37,861 bases of DNA, from IMG/VR virus record IMGVR_UViG_3300037692_000473, positions 1 through 37,861 of that record; one strand, 5' to 3'. This document shows positions 8,138-14,338 of this stretch, in pieces. Position numbers and translations under genes: made by a program. Positions within the stretch are counted from its first letter, which is position 1, and each line of letters starts with the position of its first letter. Source of the DNA: a virus. Its lineage: Duplodnaviria; Caudoviricetes. A model generated the notes under the pieces. That model searched no databases. It was not told the origin of the DNA and saw only the letters and a list, made by a program, of their open reading frames with translations.

Positions 8138-8390
8138 CGGAATCAATTCTCCTGATGTTTAATTCATCGTATAAATCGTTAAGAACTTGTTTTTTAAATG
8201 TTTTTGAATGTTGAATATTATTTTTTGCAACTCTTTTTTTATAGCTTGTTGAATCTTTCTTTGTGACTCCTTTCATATGTCCAAAGAATGCTCCGCTTGG
8301 ATCAGAATCAGGTTTTATTTCGTTGTCACCGCAATCGGTGAATTTTCTGCCGTCTTTTATAATTGTATGGTTTTTTTGGTTTTCTTGCAT
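8130..8390 (-). CDS. Hypothetical protein, first gene of an early operon
   Basis: ORF with GCGAGG SD downstream of the class E promoter. Confidence 0.6.
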   Translation of the reverse strand: MQENQKNHTIIKDGRKFTDCGDNEIKPDSDPSGAFFGHMKGVTKKDSTSYKKRVAKNNIQHSKTFKKQVLNDLYDELNIRRIDSDE

Positions 8391-8432
8391 TTTCTTTCTT
8401 CCTCGCTTGTCCTCGGCTTCTCCGCCGAATAA

Positions 8433-8446
8433 GTACAGATGTGTAC
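8433..8446. promoter_or_regulatory. Palindromic operator GTACA-N4-TGTAC, copy 2
   Basis: GTACAGATGTGTAC, 7 nt downstream of the TATA motif. Confidence 0.7.
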
Positions 8447-8453
8447 CTTGTCA

Positions 8454-8468
8454 TATATAAATGTTGTG
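8454..8468 (-). promoter_or_regulatory. Class E promoter (CACAACATTTATATA)
   Basis: Identical 15-mer at 12139..12153. Confidence 0.8.
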
Positions 8469-8531
8469 GTTACAGTGAGGTTTTATCCGCACTAAAAGCC
8501 ATTAAAAGCCTTAAAAACGCCTGTTTATGCC

Positions 8532-8690
8532 TTATTCTTGCCAGTTCCCATGGGTTTTCTGGCCTTCTATATGTAAGTCAATACAAAACACTCGACCGTC
8601 CAATTTGCAATAAGATTCCTTTAAATCACACCAGGAGATAATGCCTCCATGTTGAACTCGATGACAACACCTACTTTTAGGATCCGTCAA
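8532..8690 (-). CDS. Cys-rich microprotein (52 aa, TTG start, not in ORF track)
   Basis: MTDPKSRCCHRVQHGGIISWCDLKESYCKLDGRVFCID...; GAGGATG SD. Confidence 0.45.
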   Translation of the reverse strand: MTDPKSRCCHRVQHGGIISWCDLKESYCKLDGRVFCIDLHIEGQKTHGNWQE

Positions 8691-8883
8691 AGTCAGTCAT
8701 CCTCTTCTGTGTTTTTTCAAAATTAGGAATAGTCTCTTTTCTCCTGGCTATTGAATAAATATTTTTATCATAAGCACAAACGCCTTTCTTCGCTTTCCAT
8801 TCTTTAACTCTGCAGTTAAGTTTACCTGAACTTCCATGCATCCAACGATTGCTGCAAGGTTTATCAGGATATTTGCATCTCAT
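8677..8883 (-). CDS. Small Cys-rich protein
   Basis: Four Cys; ATGA-coupled to the upstream gene. Confidence 0.55.
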   Translation of the reverse strand: MRCKYPDKPCSNRWMHGSSGKLNCRVKEWKAKKGVCAYDKNIYSIARRKETIPNFEKTQKRMTDFDGS

Positions 8884-9023
8884 TTTTCTTCAGGAATAAA
8901 TAGTTTTCCATCAAAAGTGTATCCATCTTTACTGGTTAAATCATATTGACAAAGTTCATCTTCTGTTGCTAAAAAATATAAATCAAACAATTCGTGTTCA
9001 TCTTTCCAACCTATTTTTTTCAT
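8880..9023 (-). CDS. Microprotein (47 aa, not in ORF track)
   Basis: MKKIGWKDEHELFDLYFLATEDELCQYDL...; ATGA overlaps at both ends. Confidence 0.55.
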   Translation of the reverse strand: MKKIGWKDEHELFDLYFLATEDELCQYDLTSKDGYTFDGKLFIPEEK

Positions 9024-9709
9024 GTTTCTCGTACCTCTGGATCTATTTTAAATTTAATTAACAAGTTGTGCTTTCGACACTTGTGTCTATAATCTTTTAT
9101 CTCTTTTTTAGTCCAATATATTGGTTTAATGTTTGGACTTAATTGATTGTCAAACCAACAGTCTGCAACGTTCACACCCCATATTTTTAATAAATCTAAT
9201 TTTTGAATATTCTCAAGATAACTTATTTTATAATTTGAAAGAATAAAAACACTGATTTGATAGTTCTTATATCCTGCCTTTGTTAATGTTTCAATGCTTT
9301 TTCTGATTAATTTCTGTTTAAAGAATTCTGTGTCCCATGCGATTCTTGGATTAATAAAATTATTTTCTTTCAAAGCAACAGCGAGTTCAAGAGTTAAGAA
9401 TCTGTAATCAATTCCACACCATAAATGATATTTAACTTTTTTTCCATCAACTCTGATTTTTCCAAGTTCTTTTATGATCTGCAGAGCTTTCGGTTTATAG
9501 ATTAAATTCATATCATAAATAATTACTGTGTTTCTCACGATTTTTGGAATTTTAAAATAAACAGGTTTGGATCCGTTGATCATTCCTTCAGCACACCATG
9601 GGCATAAGTTCGGACATCCTTCAGTTAATCTTATATGTTGTTCTGTAGGATACACATCATTTCTTGGTCCACAATCATATGGTTTATTTAATTTAACTTC
9701 GAATTTCAT
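9020..9709 (-). CDS. Radical SAM protein
   Basis: IRLTEGCPNLCPWC (CxxxCxxC), YDMN, GIDYR, RIAWD. ATG 9709 overlaps the C5-MTase stop (ATGA), so the ORF-track start at 9787 is probably too long. Confidence 0.8.
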   Translation of the reverse strand: MKFEVKLNKPYDCGPRNDVYPTEQHIRLTEGCPNLCPWCAEGMINGSKPVYFKIPKIVRNTVIIYDMNLIYKPKALQIIKELGKIRVDGKKVKYHLWCGIDYRFLTLELAVALKENNFINPRIAWDTEFFKQKLIRKSIETLTKAGYKNYQISVFILSNYKISYLENIQKLDLLKIWGVNVADCWFDNQLSPNIKPIYWTKKEIKDYRHKCRKHNLLIKFKIDPEVRET

Positions 9710-10463
9710 TTTTTGTCTTTTTCTTTTTTGATAATTTTGAGTCCGATGAATTCTGCGACTTGCGGAACGACTGCGTTTCCAAGACATCTAATTCGGTCCA
9801 CCCTATTGGAAACCCCATTAGCCACTCGACGAACGCTGGATTCAGACTCCCAAGTGGTTCTCCTGTTCTTTTCTCGTAAGCTTTCCTGGCATTGCTTCCA
9901 GTAACTGTAGTCGTTGGAGTCGGATAAATTTTCTGTCCTCTCTGTTTCAATCCTTCCGCAATCAATACTTCCTCTGCCAGTATCTTTCCGCCTTTCATAT
10001 TCGGTCTGCTTCCTGGATTTGATGCTCTCGGAGTCGGCCATAACTTCACAGCATCTGTTAATGTCAGACCGTGTTTTCCGTTTTCCCAACTGTTGATGTT
10101 CTGACCGCCCGTTGAAGCTGTGGGTGTTGGCAAGAATTCCGAGGATAAACACTCTGTCTCTTCTGTGACTGGCACCAAAGGAACTCGCTGGTAAACAATC
10201 CCATTCAGCATCATACCCGCACGAGGCAAGATCTGCAAGGACAACGTTGAGTCCGTCATTAACAAGATTTGCGACGTTTTCAATGACAACGTATCTTGGT
10301 CGAAGTATCCTAATGGCTTTGACATATTCTTTCCATAAACCACTTCTTTTGCCCTGAATTCCTTCTCTTTTACCTGCGAGACTGATGTCTTGACATGGAA
10401 ATCCTCCTGTGAGAACATCGACAGACTCGATTGTTTCCCATTCAATTTTTGTAATATCGTCAT
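9693..10463 (-). CDS. C5-methyltransferase beta subunit (motif IX), nested in an alternative frame
   Basis: LNPAFVEWLMGFPIGWT (motif IX); three PTP repeats (LPTPTAS, WPTPRAS, YPTPTTT); 256-codon ORF inside the alpha gene. Confidence 0.8.
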   Translation of the reverse strand: MTILQKLNGKQSSLSMFSQEDFHVKTSVSQVKEKEFRAKEVVYGKNMSKPLGYFDQDTLSLKTSQILLMTDSTLSLQILPRAGMMLNGIVYQRVPLVPVTEETECLSSEFLPTPTASTGGQNINSWENGKHGLTLTDAVKLWPTPRASNPGSRPNMKGGKILAEEVLIAEGLKQRGQKIYPTPTTTVTGSNARKAYEKRTGEPLGSLNPAFVEWLMGFPIGWTELDVLETQSFRKSQNSSDSKLSKKKKTKNEIRS

Positions 10464-10614
10464 AAATTTTCACTTCCTTAAAATTTTTTTTAATAATTTT
10501 TTGAGCGTATAAATCTTTTTCAACTGCCCAAACAGTTTTGAATTCTCCAGTTAATTCAAGACCATAATCTATCCCCATGATTCCGCTGAATAAACTTCCA
10601 ACAATCAGTTTCAT
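9706..10614 (-). CDS. DNA cytosine-5 methyltransferase alpha subunit
   Basis: Motifs I (SLFSGIMG), IV (GGFPCQDIS), VI (ENV), VIII (HRRDRVF) and X (CLGNAVVPQVA); no motif IX in this frame. Confidence 0.93.
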   Translation of the reverse strand: MKLIVGSLFSGIMGIDYGLELTGEFKTVWAVEKDLYAQKIIKKNFKEVKIYDDITKIEWETIESVDVLTGGFPCQDISLAGKREGIQGKRSGLWKEYVKAIRILRPRYVVIENVANLVNDGLNVVLADLASCGYDAEWDCLPASSFGASHRRDRVFILGILANTHSFNGRSEHQQLGKRKTRSDINRCCEVMADSESIKSRKQTEYERRKDTGRGSIDCGRIETERTENLSDSNDYSYWKQCQESLREKNRRTTWESESSVRRVANGVSNRVDRIRCLGNAVVPQVAEFIGLKIIKKEKDKK

Positions 10615-10784
10615 GAAGTCCTCTTTGGTGCAAGTCTTGGATTCAAAGCAATTAATTCATTTTTTGAAATAAGCTTTTCACAATTATTGCAGTACCAATC
10701 TTTTTTATTCTTTCTCCTAATTAAAAATACTACTTTTTTACAGGTGCAATAAGGACACCAACAAGTTGGATTTGGATGTCCCAT
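10611..10784 (-). CDS. Zinc-ribbon microprotein (57 aa, not in ORF track)
   Basis: WCPYCTC...WYCNNCEK; TAATG and ATGA overlaps. Confidence 0.6.
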   Translation of the reverse strand: MGHPNPTCWCPYCTCKKVVFLIRRKNKKDWYCNNCEKLISKNELIALNPRLAPKRTS

Positions 10785-10984
10785 TATAGTCGCACCCGAT
10801 ATTTAGACCAAACACACTCTTCGCACATATGATGAGCGACGTCATCAAGTATGAAACAAGCAAGAAGAGTATCGGTATCACAATGTTCGCAGTTTCCGTT
10901 TTTCCAACCGTGAATATTTCCTTTAAAAATATCAGGCATAATTTTTTTTAACGTTGCATCACTAAACGGCATTTTAATTGGCAT
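10784..10984 (-). CDS. Zinc-finger protein
   Basis: CEHC...HMCEEC; GGAGGTG SD before ATG 10984. Confidence 0.6.
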   Translation of the reverse strand: MPIKMPFSDATLKKIMPDIFKGNIHGWKNGNCEHCDTDTLLACFILDDVAHHMCEECVWSKYRVRL

Positions 10985-11291
10985 AAAGCACCTCCTTTGA
11001 AACTGAATCATTAGCTAATTCAATCTTTTTGTCTCTATCATATTCCGCCATTTTTCTATCGTATTGAATCCTGGCCAGGTCCTGAAGCGTTTGTTTTTCA
11101 AGTTCTTTAAAAAATTCAACATCAGTAAGATAATGATGTCTGCATAATCTGTTAACTAAATCACTCACGCTAACACCTGTTTTTCTGCTGCGTTCTTCAA
11201 GTGCGTTTAAAACAGGCACATCAAAGTTTATGGTTTTGGTTTCTTTTTCAAATATTGTCTTTGTCTTGTTTTCTCTTTTCTTTCTTCCCAA
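10974..11291 (-). CDS. Ribbon-helix-helix (CopG-like) regulator with coiled-coil tail
   Basis: KTINFDVPVLNALEERSRKTGVSVSDLVNRLC. Confidence 0.7.
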   Translation of the reverse strand: MGRKKRENKTKTIFEKETKTINFDVPVLNALEERSRKTGVSVSDLVNRLCRHHYLTDVEFFKELEKQTLQDLARIQYDRKMAEYDRDKKIELANDSVSKEVLYAN

Positions 11292-11310
11292 ATTTCTCGC
11301 CTCGCTTTTT

Positions 11311-11676
11311 TTATATTAATTCAACAAATATTATTCTAACTTTGTAATTTTTATGTTCTTCAATCCATTTAAATTGACAATATCTAAGTCCATCATGTTT
11401 TGCACATTTACATTCAACAAATATTACTTCCTTATTTTTTTTATAGAAATAATCAGGAACTCCTTTCTTCCAAGTTAAATTAGTATATTTTTTAGATTTA
11501 AAAATATTTCTTGATTTTGTAATTTTGGTTAAATGAATTTTTTCTGTTCTATTTATATATACTCTAAGAATTGATTCTAACTCGGTTTCGTTTCGTTCAG
11601 CAATCCTTCTTGTTTTATTGCTTTTGATTAAAACTGTTATTTTTTCAAATGTTGCGTTTTCTAAAATCTGATTCAC
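11311..11676 (-). CDS. VRR-NUC-like PD-(D/E)xK nuclease
   Basis: KGVPDYF...IFVECK...GLR.CQ.KWI. Confidence 0.75.
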   Translation of the reverse strand: MNQILENATFEKITVLIKSNKTRRIAERNETELESILRVYINRTEKIHLTKITKSRNIFKSKKYTNLTWKKGVPDYFYKKNKEVIFVECKCAKHDGLRYCQFKWIEEHKNYKVRIIFVELI

Positions 11677-11682
11677 CTTTAT

Positions 11683-11891
11683 TTTAATTTTAATTTAATT
11701 TTTTTATTTTGACTCGCTAAGCCTTCTTTTTTTTGATAAAAAATTAATAAAAAATTAACTTTTAATATACTGCTAAATAGCTTAAATGTAAAGTTTAATA
11801 TAGAATGAATACCAATATACCTTTCAGGGCATTAGGTTTTTGGGGTATTCATCCCTTTTTTCTTTTTTTATTTCATTAAATTAAAATTAAA
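11683..11891. other. AT-rich intergenic element with 17-bp inverted ends and an internal hairpin (candidate origin)
   Basis: tttaattttaatttaat (11683..11699) and attaaattaaaattaaa (11875..11891); ATGAATACC (11805) and GGTATTCAT (11844). Confidence 0.45.
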
Positions 11892-12095
11892 TTAATGAGT
11901 TTCAAGCGATTTTTGTATATCTGTAGGATTCAACCATCGCATTGCAATCTGTTCTTTTCTGAAAATATAAACTTCTCCTTTAAGAGTATCAATTCTAACG
12001 TCTCCATCTTTGAGCTTGGTAAAAGTGCCTGTTAAGAAAGCGTATCGTTCTCCGCCTTTGTGAACTTCAATTTTTTCAATATTCCCCATTTTCAT
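11892..12095 (-). CDS. Small Sm/LSm- or SH3-like beta-barrel protein
   Basis: All-beta pattern FLTGTF..DGDVRIDT.KGEVYIFRKEQI; has its own promoter. Confidence 0.45.
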   Translation of the reverse strand: MKMGNIEKIEVHKGGERYAFLTGTFTKLKDGDVRIDTLKGEVYIFRKEQIAMRWLNPTDIQKSLETH

Positions 12096-12138
12096 CCTCG
12101 CTAATCAATCCTTTAGAACGTAGTAACTTATATTCCCA

Positions 12139-12153
12139 TATATAAATGTTGTG
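12139..12153 (-). promoter_or_regulatory. Class E promoter (CACAACATTTATATA)
   Basis: Identical to 8454..8468; marks the start of the early region. Confidence 0.8.
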
Positions 12154-12169
12154 AAAGCAAGGTTTTATT

Positions 12170-12234
12170 TATAAAAGAAAAAGCGACCTCAAGGTTAACT
12201 TTCTCGTCGGGGGTGATTAGAAATCCTTGAGGTC
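12170..12234 (-). terminator. Hairpin + oligo-U terminator ending the late region
   Basis: Perfect 10-bp IR GACCTCAAGG/CCTTGAGGTC (12185..12194 and 12225..12234) followed on the minus strand by GCTTTTTCTTTTAT. Confidence 0.65.
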
Positions 12235-12246
12235 AAGAAGTTCTGA

Positions 12247-12459
12247 TCAGTATTTAGTGACTGATGTCCATTTCAATATTGCGTTACATACTATGCTTGA
12301 AACTGCGACAACTATTGGTGTGTAAGTTCCAACGTCTAAAGTTGTGACTGCACCTAAAAAATAAGTTGCGGCTGCTCCTGCCATTGCTATTCCTGCACCT
12401 TTCAATATTTTCTTTACGTCTTCTTTGATTAAATCAAATCTTGCGCTTGTTTGTACCAT
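12247..12459 (-). CDS. Holin-like two-TM protein (70 aa)
   Basis: GGAGG SD before ATG 12459; hydrophobic GAGIAMAGAAATYFLGAV and PIVVAVSSIVCNAIL; last late gene. Confidence 0.6.
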   Translation of the reverse strand: MVQTSARFDLIKEDVKKILKGAGIAMAGAAATYFLGAVTTLDVGTYTPIVVAVSSIVCNAILKWTSVTKY

Positions 12460-13252
12460 TGTTTTTCCTCCGATTTTTTTTAGTTGATAATGATGTTTTT
12501 CTTTCAAAATCTTCATTAAGATAAATGTATCTTTGATTGAAACTGAACCATATATCAAAATATTTCTCTGCAGCATCCCATAAGAGATTCATTTCAATTG
12601 ATTCATCAGGCCAGTAACACCAGTCAAGAACTATCCATTTATTGTCCGATTCTCTAAGATAAGTTACCCAACAGTGTCCGCCACCTTGAACGTCTCCTGC
12701 GTTTAATCTAATTCTCCAATAAGGAACACCGTTGCTTAAAAGAATGTTGGCCAGGTATATTGCACCATCTTCACAATCTCCTTTTTTTAAATTACTTGTT
12801 TCAAATGCGAAAAGCCAAGTCTCGTCATCTTTGAATTGTGAGGTATCTGATGTATATTTAGTTTTATCAATCACGTGTTGAAGACTCTTTTTTGCTATTT
12901 CATCATTACTTCCTGTAACGCTTGGCATAGCAAATGGTGTCCAAAATATTCGAGGATCAACTTGAACATTATTAGTGCCTGTTAAAATATTAGGCCTGGC
13001 AGGATAAGTGTAACCTGAAGCTTTTGGTCTTTTATCATTCCAATAAGTCTCTTGATATTCTTCTTTTACATATTCTGCTAATTTATTATTTGCAGTTAAA
13101 ATTTCAGTTTTTAATTCATTATTTAAAGAAACTAATCCTGGAACAGTTTCGTCTTCAAGTTTGTCAATCTTTTCTTGAAGTAATTTATTGTCTAATTCCA
13201 AAACATTAGGACCTTCTTTTTTAATAAATAAATTTTTTATCCATTCAAACAT
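12434..13252 (-). CDS. Transglutaminase-like cysteine protease (candidate endolysin)
   Basis: GDCEDGAI (Cys), GGGHCWV (His), WIVLDW (Asp); GGAGGGG SD before ATG 13252; N-terminal coiled coil. Confidence 0.8.
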   Translation of the reverse strand: MFEWIKNLFIKKEGPNVLELDNKLLQEKIDKLEDETVPGLVSLNNELKTEILTANNKLAEYVKEEYQETYWNDKRPKASGYTYPARPNILTGTNNVQVDPRIFWTPFAMPSVTGSNDEIAKKSLQHVIDKTKYTSDTSQFKDDETWLFAFETSNLKKGDCEDGAIYLANILLSNGVPYWRIRLNAGDVQGGGHCWVTYLRESDNKWIVLDWCYWPDESIEMNLLWDAAEKYFDIWFSFNQRYIYLNEDFERKTSLSTKKNRRKNNGTNKRKI

Positions 13253-13268
13253 AGTCTTCCCCTCCAAC

Positions 13269-13499
13269 TTATTTAATTTTATAAGGACAATTACCTGTGA
13301 AATATATATCACATAATCCGCTTGTAATATTATAATCATTAAATTCTCTTGGAATACTTGTCTTACCAGTTAATTTTTTTAAATCAATCAAAGGAATTGT
13401 TTTTTCATGATCTAAATAAACAGTTCCATTCATCATGCAATGATAATATAATCTTGATTTATCAAACAATATTTCAACAAGTTTTGTATCAATAGTCAT
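13269..13499 (-). CDS. Hypothetical protein
   Basis: ORF, ATGA-coupled; HC..C..C residues. Confidence 0.55.
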   Translation of the reverse strand: MTIDTKLVEILFDKSRLYYHCMMNGTVYLDHEKTIPLIDLKKLTGKTSIPREFNDYNITSGLCDIYFTGNCPYKIK

Positions 13500-13636
13500 T
13501 TTTGCCTCTTTGATTTTTGTTTATTTCTGCATTCAGGAAGACCACAAATTCTTATCTCTCCAGGAAGAGGTTTAACTTTGTTTTCTTCTGAATTAAAAGT
13601 TACTCCACATATAGTGCATTGTTTTTGACAACCCAT
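13496..13636 (-). CDS. Zinc-finger microprotein (46 aa, not in ORF track)
   Basis: MGCQKQCTICGVTF...ICGLPECRNK. Confidence 0.6.
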   Translation of the reverse strand: MGCQKQCTICGVTFNSEENKVKPLPGEIRICGLPECRNKQKSKRQK

Positions 13637-13638
13637 AC

Positions 13639-14067
13639 TTATACTCCATAAATTTTTATTAAAATTTCATTTATGTTTTTATCAAAAAAAAACTTTACAC
13701 CGTTTTTAATTGCAGCAGAGAGTTCCTCTTTTGATTTGTATAAATTAATTATTTGCATTGCGTTAATCTTTCCGATTCCTTTAATTGCAACAAGTTCATC
13801 AAACCAAGAATGAATGCCTGGATTGACACCTTCAAGTTTAAACGTTTTTCCAACGTTGTCTACAATATCAACTCTACGCCTGACATTATCCCCATATTTA
13901 TTCAAAAGCAAATGATTAAGCTCTGATAAATATCTCGGTTGGTCTGTTCTCGGATCCAATTTCTTACTTGCAAGACTTAATCCGAGGTTATCTGTTCCAT
14001 ATGCGTGGTCAACTATTATTCTTAAAGAATTATTCTCTTCATACATTTCTTTTATTGTGTATTCCAT
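13639..14067 (-). CDS. Protein with C-terminal helix-hairpin-helix motif
   Basis: ELVAIKGIGKINAMQI; GGTGA SD before ATG 14067. Confidence 0.65.
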   Translation of the reverse strand: MEYTIKEMYEENNSLRIIVDHAYGTDNLGLSLASKKLDPRTDQPRYLSELNHLLLNKYGDNVRRRVDIVDNVGKTFKLEGVNPGIHSWFDELVAIKGIGKINAMQIINLYKSKEELSAAIKNGVKFFFDKNINEILIKIYGV

Positions 14068-14071
14068 GATT

Positions 14072-14329
14072 TCACCTGTTAAATTTATGATTAAAAGTTT
14101 TCCCGACAAATCTATCAGCAGAAACTTCAACGCTTGTGTTGAATTGGTCGTCTAATGATTTTTTTATTTTATCCAGGAAAGCATCGTTGATTTGATCCTC
14201 AACTTTAAAAGAATAAATAGGTTTCACTTCCTTATTTATTTCAGGATCTAAATACTGAATTTGAACGTTAAATTTTCCTTCATTTTGATTTTGAATTTTT
14301 ATTATTTTAAATTCGATTTCTTTAGTCAT
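14072..14329 (-). CDS. Hypothetical protein (possible tail-tip chaperone)
   Basis: ORF with GAGGGG SD directly after the hub gene. Confidence 0.55.
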   Translation of the reverse strand: MTKEIEFKIIKIQNQNEGKFNVQIQYLDPEINKEVKPIYSFKVEDQINDAFLDKIKKSLDDQFNTSVEVSADRFVGKTFNHKFNR

Positions 14330-14338
14330 GTTATCCCC

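Noticed and set aside
9020-11676. Complete restriction-modification system (C5-MTase + nuclease 11311..11676)
   Set aside because: The nuclease matches the small VRR-NUC type common in viral recombination modules and is separated from the MTase by three genes.
12434-13252. Pseudomurein endoisopeptidase implying a Methanobacteriales host
   Set aside because: No pseudomurein-binding repeats recognised; only the generic catalytic triad is supported.
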